From Bacilli bacterium (GTDB lineage Bacteria; Bacillota_I; Bacilli_A; RF39; UBA660): a stretch of 64,000 nt of DNA. The number at the start of each line of letters is the position of its first letter. Positions within the stretch are counted from its first letter, which is position 1. Made by a program: the position numbers and the translations under genes. Below are positions 10,199-20,063 of the stretch, in pieces. Where the stretch lies: assembly GCA_038321575.1 (NCBI GenBank), contig JBBQFD010000001.1, forward strand, positions 2,982 to 66,981. Direction: 5' to 3'. The notes below the pieces were generated by a model, which saw only the letters and a program-made list of their open reading frames with translations, was not told the origin of the DNA and did not search any database.

Positions 10199-11560
10199 TT
10201 AGATATGATTTTTTAAATATTCACTTACTGTTTCAAAATCATTAAATGGTATTTTATGATCTTTCATAATAATAAATTCTTCATGACCTTTACCTAATAT
10301 TAATAACATATCGTTTTCAGTCAGCATATCAATGCCTTTTGCAATCGCTTTAGCGCGATCAAGTTCAACTATATAATTAGTTTTATCAGAACCAGCAATC
10401 ATGTCATTGATAATTTGTTGTTCATCTTCGGTATGTGGATCTTCATTAGTAATAATTGCCAAATCGGCAGCATTCGTAACCATCTTTGTCATAATGGGGC
10501 GTTTTAAACGATCACGATCACCAGTACAACCAAATACTACATATAATTTACCAACTAAAACCTTCTTAGCAATTTCTAAAATCTTTTCAATTGCATCTGG
10601 TGTATGAGCGTAATCGATAATAATCATATTATTTTTATAATTAATTATTTGCATACGTCCTGGCGGCGCTTTTAAAACGGGGATCATTTTACTAATATCT
10701 TTATAGCCCATTTCATACATTAAAGCAATTACTAATAATAAATTATATAAGTTGTATTTACCAATTAAAGTGGTTTCTGTATTATAAACTTCATCTTTAT
10801 ATTGATAAGTAAAAGTTGTATTTTGACTACTCATTTTATAATCAGTAATTCTAAAATCACCACCATTAATACCATATGTATAATTTTGTTTATCTGGTAA
10901 TAAGAAGTAATTCTTATAAGCATCATCAAAATTAACAATTGCCTTACCATCTGTTTTTAATTTTTTAAATAATCTTTGTTTGTCAATCGCATAATTTTCC
11001 ATTGTTAAATGGAAATCTAAATGATCTTGGGTCAGATTAGTGAACGCAGCATAATCGAACTCTAAACCATCAACTCTTTTATATGCTAAGCCTTGACTAC
11101 TTAATTCCATAACCATATTAACACAACCCGCTGCTTTCGCATCAAGCATCATATTATATAGTGCTATTAAATCGGGGGTGGTATTATCTAAACGATTTAT
11201 TTTATCAATAATATAAAAACCAATTGTTCCTATATAGGCTGTCTTTTCGCCTAATTGATTTAACATATTGTGTACTAAAAAAGCACAAGTAGTCTTACCA
11301 TTGGTTCCTGTAATACCAATAAAACGCATCGTTGCAATATCACTACCATATGTATCTTTTAAATATTTAATTAAATATTCCCTAGTATCGGTTACAATTA
11401 AAGCATCAACGCTGTAAGTACCTTCCTCAGCAATTATACGAGTAGCACCATTTTTGATAGCAGCATCAATATATGAATGGCCATCACTTTCAACACCGCG
11501 CAAAGCAATAAAAGTATCCCCTGGGACTACTTTTCTAGAATCATCTTTAATGTTCATCAT
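10199..11560 (-). CDS. murE: UDP-N-acetylmuramoyl-L-alanyl-D-glutamate ligase (MurE-type Mur ligase), atypical specificity motif
   Basis: DSRKVVPGDTFIALRG, GITGTNGKTT and DYAHTPDA are present. The DNPR-motif position reads TNEDPHTED. Confidence 0.75.
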   Translation of the reverse strand: MMNIKDDSRKVVPGDTFIALRGVESDGHSYIDAAIKNGATRIIAEEGTYSVDALIVTDTREYLIKYLKDTYGSDIATMRFIGITGTNGKTTCAFLVHNMLNQLGEKTAYIGTIGFYIIDKINRLDNTTPDLIALYNMMLDAKAAGCVNMVMELSSQGLAYKRVDGLEFDYAAFTNLTQDHLDFHLTMENYAIDKQRLFKKLKTDGKAIVNFDDAYKNYFLLPDKQNYTYGINGGDFRITDYKMSSQNTTFTYQYKDEVYNTETTLIGKYNLYNLLLVIALMYEMGYKDISKMIPVLKAPPGRMQIINYKNNMIIIDYAHTPDAIEKILEIAKKVLVGKLYVVFGCTGDRDRLKRPIMTKMVTNAADLAIITNEDPHTEDEQQIINDMIAGSDKTNYIVELDRAKAIAKGIDMLTENDMLLILGKGHEEFIIMKDHKIPFNDFETVSEYLKNHI

Positions 11561-11642
11561 ACAACCACTCCTATTACTAATATTTTACTATAATTAACTA
11601 TTAATAACAACCAACTATAACAAAAATAGAGTGATGTTCACT

Positions 11643-13073
11643 CTATTTACTTAATCTGTTTATAATTACTTCTTTACCTAATAAATGAATTGTATCAGGT
11701 AATTCTGGTCCGTGCATTTGACCAGATACTTTAATTCTAATTGACATATATAATAATTTGCCTTTAGCACCACTTTTTTCTTTAGTATTATTGATAGCTA
11801 TATTTACGTTATCAATTGTCCAACTATTAATACTATTTATTTCATCTTTAAAAACATTCAAAGTATTACTAATTGATGAATCACTATTCATAAATTCTAA
11901 AGCTTCACCACTAATTTCAATATGTTCTTTAAAAAATAAATCCGTTAATAATACTATTTCTTTACCATATGATAAATGATTTTGATAAATCATAACTAAT
12001 TCTTTAATCCATTCCCCAGTCTTACTATTTAAATCATAAGCAGCTTGTAAATGAGGAACAGTAATTGCTAATAACTCATCAATTGTAAGTTTCTTTATAT
12101 AGTGAGCATTAACCCAATTTAGTTTTTTAACATCATATACCGCAGGTGATCTACTAATACGTTCTGGTGTAAATAACTTCGCTAATTCTTCTAAGCTAAA
12201 TATTTCATCCGTCGTTTCAGGATTCCAACCAAGGAATGCTAAATAATTAACCACTGCTGCTGGTAAGTAACCATCGTTATATAAATCCATAAATGATGAT
12301 GCTCCATGACGTTTACTTAATTTTTGACCATCAGCACCAACTACCATTGGTAAATGAATATAGGCTGGTTTTTCCCATCCAAAAGCATCATAAATTAAAT
12401 TATATTTAGGAGTTGATGATAAATATTCATTACCTCTAATAACATGGGTGATAGCCATTAAATGATCATCAATTACATTGGCAAAATTATATGTTGGATA
12501 GCCATCTGATTTTAATAAGATTTGATCTTCTAATAACTTATTTTCAATACTTATTTCACCATAGACAATATCTATAAAAGTACTTATACCGTCTTTTGGC
12601 ATCATTTGACGAATAACATATGCTTCCCCATTACTAGTTTTAGTAATTATTTCTTCTTTAGTATATTTTTTACAAAACCCATCATATAAAAATGGTATTT
12701 TATTAGTATCAGCTACTGCTCTTAATTCATTAAGACGTTCTTCACTGCAAAAACAGTAATAAGCTTTCCCTAACTCAACTAATTTTAAAGCATACTCTTT
12801 ATATAAAGGTAAGCGTTCACTTTGAATATATGGTCCATATTCTCCCCCATTACGTGGGCCTTCATCAGGGCTTAAACCACATAAAGAACAAGTATCATAG
12901 ATGAAATCAATAGCTCCTTCTACTTTACGTGTTTGATCAGTGTCTTCAATACGAAGAATAAAATCCCCATTATTGTGTTTAGCCACTAAATATTCAAATA
13001 TAGCACTTCTTAAATTACCTACATGCATCATTCCTGTTGGACTTGGCGCAAATCTTGTTCTTACTTTTTCCAT
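11643..13073 (-). CDS. gltX: glutamate--tRNA ligase
   Basis: The protein has RFAPSPTGMMHVGNLRSAIF (HIGH-class) and KLSKRHG motifs. Confidence 0.93.
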   Translation of the reverse strand: MEKVRTRFAPSPTGMMHVGNLRSAIFEYLVAKHNNGDFILRIEDTDQTRKVEGAIDFIYDTCSLCGLSPDEGPRNGGEYGPYIQSERLPLYKEYALKLVELGKAYYCFCSEERLNELRAVADTNKIPFLYDGFCKKYTKEEIITKTSNGEAYVIRQMMPKDGISTFIDIVYGEISIENKLLEDQILLKSDGYPTYNFANVIDDHLMAITHVIRGNEYLSSTPKYNLIYDAFGWEKPAYIHLPMVVGADGQKLSKRHGASSFMDLYNDGYLPAAVVNYLAFLGWNPETTDEIFSLEELAKLFTPERISRSPAVYDVKKLNWVNAHYIKKLTIDELLAITVPHLQAAYDLNSKTGEWIKELVMIYQNHLSYGKEIVLLTDLFFKEHIEISGEALEFMNSDSSISNTLNVFKDEINSINSWTIDNVNIAINNTKEKSGAKGKLLYMSIRIKVSGQMHGPELPDTIHLLGKEVIINRLSK

Positions 13074-13120
13074 TCATATCACCTCTTTAATTTTAACATA
13101 AAAACAAAGAAAAAAACAGT

Positions 13121-13942
13121 TTATAACTGTTTCCCTAATTTATTAGCTTTTACATTATCAAAATGTGCTTGAACATTATCAACTGATTTATACATATTTT
13201 GATTTGCTAAGAACTGTTCACTACGACATGTTAAATATAAATTGAAATCAGCCACTTGTTCTTTAGTTAAATCTTCTTTATTAAAGAATAAATCAATTAA
13301 TTGCATTTCAATTTCACCTAAATTACTTTTTTTAGTATCATGACGATTTTGCATATTATCATACATCGCTACTAATACTTCACTCTCAACTATTTCACCA
13401 TAATGCTTAATTCCAGCTTTATTCAAAAACATATCAGGACTACTCTTTAAGAAACTACCTAAAATAACTTCAGTACCATATATTTTTTCAAATAAACGCG
13501 CAATAATCTTTTCATCATCATATGGCGTAACATAATGATTTTCATTACCTACTGCTGATTCGGCTATGTTATCTAAAATACCTTGATGGAGAGGTTTTAA
13601 GACATTATAACCAGCTAAACCAAGCTTTCCTGTATTATTTCTACTCATCGACACTAAAATTAATCCTTTAGCTAATAATAGATCGATATCACGTTCTTTA
13701 ATGCTATCTAATTTAAAATGGATTTTATTATTTTTAGGGTCGAAACTAACTTCTTGCAAATCATTAACTTCATCACTAACAACGTCTAATACTTCACTTG
13801 ATTTACTAACATAGTTAATATCTATAAGTGATCCATAAGGAGAGTCACTTACCCTACCTAAAATCTTACCGCTGCGATCAATAAATTCACTGTTCAAGTC
13901 TTTAACAACTTGCATCTTTAGTAGTATTTCAGTATTTTCCAT
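13121..13942 (-). CDS. hypothetical protein (273 aa)
   Basis: This is a long ORF with a terminator hairpin directly after its stop. I recognise no motif. Confidence 0.5.
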   Translation of the reverse strand: MENTEILLKMQVVKDLNSEFIDRSGKILGRVSDSPYGSLIDINYVSKSSEVLDVVSDEVNDLQEVSFDPKNNKIHFKLDSIKERDIDLLLAKGLILVSMSRNNTGKLGLAGYNVLKPLHQGILDNIAESAVGNENHYVTPYDDEKIIARLFEKIYGTEVILGSFLKSSPDMFLNKAGIKHYGEIVESEVLVAMYDNMQNRHDTKKSNLGEIEMQLIDLFFNKEDLTKEQVADFNLYLTCRSEQFLANQNMYKSVDNVQAHFDNVKANKLGKQL

Positions 13943-14187
13943 AAATCCACCACTTTCATTAAATTATAAAGTGTTTATTATTTGAAATCCATTTCCCAGT
14001 CAGTTTTCACTCTGTATATTGGTTGTGGGAAATAAAATTTCAGCAACAATATACTCCTTTAAATGAGTTCTATTATATACTTAATTCTATTTTTTTTCAA
14101 GTCCTTTTTAGAAATTCACACCCATATATGATTTAATGTTGATTAATATGGGAAATACTCATAAATAATTTCCCAAATATAATTTAA

Positions 14188-14220
14188 GAAAAGAAAAAAA
14201 CATGAATTATTCATGTTTTA
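14188..14220 (-). terminator. Rho-independent terminator
   Basis: A hairpin (aaacatgaattattcatgttt) is followed on the minus strand by a U7 run. Confidence 0.6.
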
Positions 14221-14460
14221 AGATAGTAAATCTTTTTTAGAAAGATATTCTTTTTCCTCTATCTCCCCACGCGCTAGACGCATTTTTAATTCATCAAGAG
14301 CCGAATTGGATTTATTTGATTCCATATGTTTCATTAGTTCTTTTATTAATATAAATAATAATCCTACAATTAGGATAAAGCTAAACATTCCTAAACCTAA
14401 ATGAATCCAAGGGCCCATACCTGATGCGTAGTCACCTACTGCGTAACGCCCATACATCAT
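14218..14460 (-). CDS. SHOCT-domain small membrane protein
   Basis: One TM helix is followed by LDELKMRLARGEIEEKEYLSKKDLL (SHOCT motif). Confidence 0.65.
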   Translation of the reverse strand: MMYGRYAVGDYASGMGPWIHLGLGMFSFILIVGLLFILIKELMKHMESNKSNSALDELKMRLARGEIEEKEYLSKKDLLS

Positions 14461-14518
14461 AGTAACACCTCCTTGTTTACTTAATCATAACAGGAGATTG
14501 TGTCATAATTATGTCTTA

Positions 14519-15099
14519 TTATAGTTTTTTGTATATTCCTTTTTCAGAATACCAAATACCGTCTTCGTTTTGAATATAAAATTTATTATCAAGTTTATCT
14601 TTTTGAATAATACGAGAACTTTGGCTAACTACTACACAATTATCTGGCACATCAGTTGTGACTACACAATTAGCACCAATGCGACAGTTATTACCAACTG
14701 TTATCTTACCAATTATTTTAGCGCCAGCTCCGATATAACAATTATTACCAACTGTTGGGCCGCCGTTTTTAAGATGATTTAAAATAGTATTAGATCCAAT
14801 TGTTACTTGATGAAATATAACGCAATTATTTCCGATTATAGCATCTTGTGATATAAATATTCCTTGAATACCATGGGGAAAACTGGATATTCACCAATTT
14901 TAGTTTTATAACTAATCCAGCTACCCATCTTATATAACTTACGTTCATAAACTTTAATTAATAACCTCGTTAAAAACTTATCGGAGGGAGCCATAGTAAT
15001 CTTTTTTTTCAATTTTAAAACATCACCATAAATAAGAATAATTATTTCACCAAATAATATTACAATTATTTTAATTATTATATTTTTAAATTGTGCCAT
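14519..15099 (-). pseudogene. WcaB/CysE-like hexapeptide-repeat O-acetyltransferase, frameshifted at a C4/G4 homopolymer
   Basis: The listed 87-aa ORF (14836..15099) ends ...KIGEYPVFPMVFKEYLYHKML. In the -1 frame the same DNA continues PHGIQGIFISQDAIIGNNCVIFHQVTIGSNT...GNNCYIGAGAKIIGKITVGNNCRIGANCVVTTDVPDNCVVV, which is a left-handed beta-helix hexapeptide repeat, and reaches a stop at 14519. The frame break is at gggg 14875..14878. Confidence 0.7.
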
Positions 15100-15113
15100 T
15101 ATTTCACCTACTT

Positions 15114-15611
15114 TTAATTGATTATTTCATTATTAATATGATGTTCAAACTCATAATTTTTACTAGCTAATTTATCACCTATAAATACAGGATTAAATCC
15201 CATTGTTTTTAATTCAGCCGTTGTTGCCCATTTGAAATCCATTTTCATATCACGTTCTGGCCCATGTTCAATAATAATATGATCACTTAGATTCACTTGT
15301 TTAATATCAACTGGCTCAACAATATAGTAAAAACTTATTTCATGAACTTTTTTACCATTATTTTTATAAAAGAAATTCTCAGCAATCGATAAAAGTTTAA
15401 CTATTTTAACTGGATAACCGATTTCTTCTTCCATTTCCCTTAAAACAGCATGTTTAGTATCTTCACCTAACTCAACATGACCCCCAGGCAAACAATAACG
15501 ACCATTATCATTCATCTGAACAGTTAATATTTTATCATCAATGATTACTATTCCGTTAACTCTATATTTAAAATCAATAGCATCAGTACTTATTTTTACA
15601 TCTTTACTCAT
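15114..15611 (-). CDS. NUDIX hydrolase
   Basis: A Nudix box is present (GGHVELGEDTKHAVLREMEEEIG). Confidence 0.85.
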   Translation of the reverse strand: MSKDVKISTDAIDFKYRVNGIVIIDDKILTVQMNDNGRYCLPGGHVELGEDTKHAVLREMEEEIGYPVKIVKLLSIAENFFYKNNGKKVHEISFYYIVEPVDIKQVNLSDHIIIEHGPERDMKMDFKWATTAELKTMGFNPVFIGDKLASKNYEFEHHINNEIIN

Positions 15612-15620
15612 TTTTACTCC

Positions 15621-16850
15621 TTATTTAAGTGTCATTAAAACAACGCATTCAACATGATAAGTATTTGGGAACATATCTACTGGTGTAATTTCTTCAACTT
15701 TATATAATTCCGTTAACAACTTTAAATCACGAGCTAAAGTTGCGGGATCACATGATACATAAATAAATTTGGGTGCTTTCACTTTTAATAAGTGATCAAC
15801 TGCAAATTTATTTAAACCAAGTCTTGGTGGATCGACTACAATTACATCTGGTTTATATTCAAGCGTATTTAAAATCGTTCCAACATCACCACATTTGAAT
15901 CCAATATTAGTTATTTTATTTAATTCTTTATTCTTATTAGCGTCTAACACCGCATATTGATTAGACTCAACACCCAATACTTCTTTAGCATTATTAGCCA
16001 TATATAAACCGATTGATCCAGTTCCACAATATAGATCTAAAACCTTTTCAATACCGCTTAGATTGGCGTATTTTACTATTAAATCATATAACTTGATTGC
16101 TCCTAAAGTATTTATTTGGAAAAATGAATCAGCTGATATAATAAATGAATATTCACCTAGTTTTTCAACAATATAATTTTGACCGCTTAAAGTCGTATAA
16201 TTATTTCGTTCTTTTTTGACAATATTCATATCTTTAAAATGATTTATATAAGCTTCTTCATTAATGGGACCAGTTGTATCAAGTACAATCATTTGATCAG
16301 TTGTATTAATACTTGAACGAAGAATTATTTGATTAATATTTTCGAGTGGCAAGTCCTTAAACTCTTTAATAAGCGCTTCATTTCTTGAATCACTTATTAA
16401 ACAACTATCAATTTCAATAACATCATAACTACGGCGTTTAAAATAACCAACTTTTTCGATTACTTGAAGCGTTATTTTATTACGATAATGTGCTTCTTCA
16501 TTACCAATAATTGGTTGAACTAATGATTCATCAATTCCGCCAAAACGGGTTAATATTTCTTTAACTTTATTTTCTTTATAAGCAAGTTGATCAGTATAAC
16601 CCATATGCATTAAATTACAACCACCACATTCAATATAATATGGACAGCCTGGTTCTACTCTTAGAGGACTCTTTTTAATGTACTCTAAAACTTCCCCTTC
16701 ATAAAAGTTCTTATGATCAGCCGTTATTTCGACTAAAACAACTTCATCAATAAGCGCATTTGGTATAAAGATAATCTTATTATCTATTTTTCCAATACCA
16801 CGACCTTGATGATCAAGGTTTATAATTTGTAATTCTATTTTTTCTTTCAT
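15621..16850 (-). CDS. rlmD: 23S rRNA (uracil-C5)-methyltransferase RlmD/RumA family
   Basis: An N-terminal TRAM domain, a CGGCNLMH iron-sulfur motif, the SAM site DLYCGTGSIG and a C-terminal VDPPR motif are present. Confidence 0.88.
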   Translation of the reverse strand: MKEKIELQIINLDHQGRGIGKIDNKIIFIPNALIDEVVLVEITADHKNFYEGEVLEYIKKSPLRVEPGCPYYIECGGCNLMHMGYTDQLAYKENKVKEILTRFGGIDESLVQPIIGNEEAHYRNKITLQVIEKVGYFKRRSYDVIEIDSCLISDSRNEALIKEFKDLPLENINQIILRSSINTTDQMIVLDTTGPINEEAYINHFKDMNIVKKERNNYTTLSGQNYIVEKLGEYSFIISADSFFQINTLGAIKLYDLIVKYANLSGIEKVLDLYCGTGSIGLYMANNAKEVLGVESNQYAVLDANKNKELNKITNIGFKCGDVGTILNTLEYKPDVIVVDPPRLGLNKFAVDHLLKVKAPKFIYVSCDPATLARDLKLLTELYKVEEITPVDMFPNTYHVECVVLMTLK

Positions 16851-16908
16851 TTTATCACCTCCTTAATTATAACATCTTTTAAGCAATAAAAAGATAAGAC
16901 TTATCGCC

Positions 16909-17721
16909 TTATTTTAAATATATAAATACTGCAAACCCAATTGCTGATGTAATGATAACAGCAATCGTAAAGATTAATAATTTAATTAGGAAGTTATTTT
17001 TCTTTAAAGCCGTACTCATATCTTTCAATCCTTCAAAATCTTGTTCATTAAAGTTTAGACTTGAAGTATAAAATGATTTATCTAAAGTATGGTTTTCAAC
17101 GGCTGGTTCATTACCTGACTCTAATATTTTTCTAATTGGGTCAGTTTGACCAATTATTGTATCGCCACTTGATCTTAAATCACCAAACATATTAAGTGAT
17201 AATTCACGATCACCTAGTTTATTTAACATACTAGTATTAGTAATCGTATTAATTAATCCTTTAAGATCTTCATCATCTTCACCAAGATATTCTTTTTTGT
17301 TCATATGTTCTTGTAAACTAATCCCTTTTAAAATATTATATTGAGTATTTTTTAAACTACGATAATCATTAGTTTCACTAGTCTCATCACGTTCATCTTT
17401 AGCTTTTGATAAAATATCACGAATATCATAATTTTTATCTTCTTCAACAATAACCTCTTCTACAATTGGCGTCACTGATTCTTTAACAATTTGTCGAAGT
17501 TCTTTTTCTCTACGAAAATTTTCACGATTCTTTAACATTTCTTTAATACGAGTAATATCTATCTCATTAGTTTTTTCAATTTCCGCAATGCCTTCAATAT
17601 TTGAATATCCAATTTCACTATATATTGTATTATATAACTCTTCATTAGCACGAGTTCGCTTAGTTGGTTCTGTTTCCTCAGGTTCAGTTGCTTGATAATA
17701 GCGTTCCATGCGGCTTGCCAT
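16909..17721 (-). CDS. hypothetical acidic protein with C-terminal TM anchor
   Basis: The 270-aa protein is Glu/Asp/Lys-rich and ends in a single hydrophobic helix (LIKLLIFTIAVIITSAIGFAVFIYL). Confidence 0.5.
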   Translation of the reverse strand: MASRMERYYQATEPEETEPTKRTRANEELYNTIYSEIGYSNIEGIAEIEKTNEIDITRIKEMLKNRENFRREKELRQIVKESVTPIVEEVIVEEDKNYDIRDILSKAKDERDETSETNDYRSLKNTQYNILKGISLQEHMNKKEYLGEDDEDLKGLINTITNTSMLNKLGDRELSLNMFGDLRSSGDTIIGQTDPIRKILESGNEPAVENHTLDKSFYTSSLNFNEQDFEGLKDMSTALKKNNFLIKLLIFTIAVIITSAIGFAVFIYLK

Positions 17722-17828
17722 ATAATCACCTCATTATTATAATAATAATACCATATTTTAAGATATTATTAAACACTTTACTTGCATTTTATCGTCTTTT
17801 TTTCTATAATGATGTTTAGGAGGAATCT

Positions 17829-18038
17829 ATGGAAAAAGTAAAAGTTATCAAAGATGCTTGTATCGGTTGTGGTTCTTGCCAAGCAATCGCTCCTGCCATT
17901 TTTGAAATAGGTGACGATGGTTTTGCAGACATAAAAAAAGGTGTTGATTTTGAATTGATTACTGAAGAAATAAAAAAAGATATCATGGATGCCTTAGATG
18001 GCTGTCCAACTGGCGCCATTGAATCAACAGAAGAATAA
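17829..18038 (+). CDS. ferredoxin (single 4Fe-4S cluster type)
   Basis: CIGCGSCQAIAP...CPTGAI is present, and the sequence AGGAGG lies upstream of the ATG. The overlapping 17816..18019(-) ORF is spurious. Confidence 0.85.
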   Translation: MEKVKVIKDACIGCGSCQAIAPAIFEIGDDGFADIKKGVDFELITEEIKKDIMDALDGCPTGAIESTEE

Positions 18039-18056
18039 AAAATAAGAACGTTGTTC

Positions 18057-19250
18057 TTATTTTTTTCTTATTAATACTTTATTATTTAAATTACTAATAA
18101 ATAATTGCTCTTCATTGTCAATATTAGTAAAAATAGTGATAACTCCTAGTTTTTGACATAAATTAATAAACTCAGTCAAAACTAATTTTATTCTTTGATC
18201 AGTCTTTGCTTTTTCCAGCATGCTTTTACTTATTTTTATATAATCTATATCTACCAAAGATAAAATGGGGATAATAAATTGTTGGCTTTCTAAGCTCATT
18301 TCGCCGATACCAACTTTTATTCCTGTTTTTTTAATATCAGAAATTATTTTTACTATTTCTCCCGTTGAACCTTGATAATATTGAGTATCTATATTAATAC
18401 ATAATTTATTAGGAACAATCATATTTTTATTTATTGCTGTTTGTAACTCTCCTACAATATCATGCTCTTTAGCAACAATTGTTTGATAACTCACATTAAC
18501 TATATATTCTTTTTCTTTATCATTAGGGATTATTTCTTCTAAGCATCTTTTTAAATTAATCATATCGATTTTTTTAAGCTTATGATTGATTCTAAGAACA
18601 TCATAATGGCCATCACTAAAAAGATTTTTTTCGTGCTCATCAACAATTGTTAAATCAATAATATTTTCATTATTACCATTTATATCATAAAGTGGTCGAT
18701 ACGCATATTTGAATTCATTTTTATCTAACATTTCATCGACTGAATGGATAAAATTTTTGGTATCAGTAAATTTTTTATATATTTGATCATTATAATATTC
18801 AATTAAATTTTCTTTTTTCTTAGCTTCATACATTGTTAAATCAGCCTTTAATAACATTTCATCCAAGTTTTCTTTAGCTAAAACAATTCCACTATTAAAA
18901 GTAAACATAACCGGAATTTGTTCTTTCTCATAATCATTTTTAATATCATTATAAACTGCAATGATTTTATCAGAAATTCCTTCTGGGTTATCATTAGTAA
19001 CAATAACAAACTCATCACCATGAAGTCTAATTAATAGCGAATCAGAGAATCTTTTAGTTACTATTTGCGAAAACAAAATTAAGCACATGTCCCCTACTTT
19101 ATGCCCAAAATTATCATTAATATATTTTAAACTGCGAAAATCAATTGCAATCAAATAGGTTGTTCCATCTTTTTTAATATATTCTTTGTATTGTTCTTTT
19201 AAATATAAAGCGTTGTTTAAACTAGTTAGTTCATCTATATATTGTGTCAT
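18057..19250 (-). CDS. GGDEF domain protein with degenerate HGDEF motif and degenerate EAL-like C-terminal domain
   Basis: The N-terminal half (DFRSLKYINDNFGHKVGD...RLHGDEFVIV) has a GGDEF fold with G-to-H at the first position. The C-terminal half has an EAL-like outline (YRPLYD..., VDYIKISKS) but lacks the EAL and DDFGTG catalytic residues. Confidence 0.65.
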   Translation of the reverse strand: MTQYIDELTSLNNALYLKEQYKEYIKKDGTTYLIAIDFRSLKYINDNFGHKVGDMCLILFSQIVTKRFSDSLLIRLHGDEFVIVTNDNPEGISDKIIAVYNDIKNDYEKEQIPVMFTFNSGIVLAKENLDEMLLKADLTMYEAKKKENLIEYYNDQIYKKFTDTKNFIHSVDEMLDKNEFKYAYRPLYDINGNNENIIDLTIVDEHEKNLFSDGHYDVLRINHKLKKIDMINLKRCLEEIIPNDKEKEYIVNVSYQTIVAKEHDIVGELQTAINKNMIVPNKLCINIDTQYYQGSTGEIVKIISDIKKTGIKVGIGEMSLESQQFIIPILSLVDIDYIKISKSMLEKAKTDQRIKLVLTEFINLCQKLGVITIFTNIDNEEQLFISNLNNKVLIRKK

Positions 19251-19258
19251 GTTTGCTC

Positions 19259-19993
19259 CTATTCATTATTAGTTTCATTATATAATTTTTTGACTTCTTT
19301 TGGCGTTAAAGTTCGATATTCACCAGAATTAAGTCCTTTTAAATCAAGGAAAGCAATTCGTTCTCTTTTAAGTTTTAAAACTTCAAAACCTAAAGCTTCG
19401 AACATATTTTTAATTTGATGATTACGTCCTTCGTGAATGATTACTTCAACAATTGAAGTGTTACCAGCGCGATCAAAACGGCGTAATTTTACTTTCGCTT
19501 TAGCGGTTTTTTTACCATCAATAACAACACCATTAGCTAAACGATGTACAACTGCACCGGTTACAATCCCTTGTACTTTAACAATATATACTTTATCAAT
19601 ACTGTTTTTGGGATGCATCATCATATTCGCAAAATCACCATCATTGGTTAAAATTAGTGCTCCGGTAGTATCATAATCTAAACGACCTACTGGATAGATA
19701 CGCTTATCGGTCGCAATTAAATCAACAACCACTGGGCGATGTTTATCATCACTTGTACTTGTTATATAACTACGTGGTTTATTTAATAAATAATATTCTT
19801 TGTTTTCTTGTGCTAAAACTACACCATTTATAACAATGATGTCCTTATCTTCAACTTTAGTTCCTAAAGTTTGGATAGTTTCGTTATTTACTTTTACTTG
19901 CCCTTTAGTAATTAATTCCTCAGCTTTTCGTCTTGAACAATAACCACTATTAGCAATGACTTTTTGTAGTCGTTCCATATATATCACCTCCAT
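19259..19993 (-). CDS. rluB: rRNA pseudouridine synthase (RluB/RsuA family)
   Basis: An S4 domain is at the N-terminus (LQKVIANSGYCSRRKAEELI), and the catalytic motif GRLDYDTTGALILTNDG is present. Confidence 0.88.
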   Translation of the reverse strand: MEVIYMERLQKVIANSGYCSRRKAEELITKGQVKVNNETIQTLGTKVEDKDIIVINGVVLAQENKEYYLLNKPRSYITSTSDDKHRPVVVDLIATDKRIYPVGRLDYDTTGALILTNDGDFANMMMHPKNSIDKVYIVKVQGIVTGAVVHRLANGVVIDGKKTAKAKVKLRRFDRAGNTSIVEVIIHEGRNHQIKNMFEALGFEVLKLKRERIAFLDLKGLNSGEYRTLTPKEVKKLYNETNNE

Positions 19994-20039
19994 AATTATA
20001 TATTAAAAATCATAAATAATCTATCTTTTTCGCTTGCTA

Positions 20040-20063
20040 AGAAAAAAAGGGAATAAACCCTTA
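20040..20063 (-). terminator. Rho-independent terminator of asnS
   Basis: The hairpin aagggtttattccctt is followed on the minus strand by a U7 run. Confidence 0.6.

Noticed and set aside
14570-14782. 70-aa plus-strand ORF
   Set aside because: It lies antisense to the hexapeptide-repeat (beta-helix) half of the frameshifted acetyltransferase.
17816-18019. 67-aa minus-strand ORF opposite the ferredoxin gene
   Set aside because: The plus-strand ORF has canonical ferredoxin Cys motifs and an AGGAGG RBS. The minus ORF is antisense with no features.
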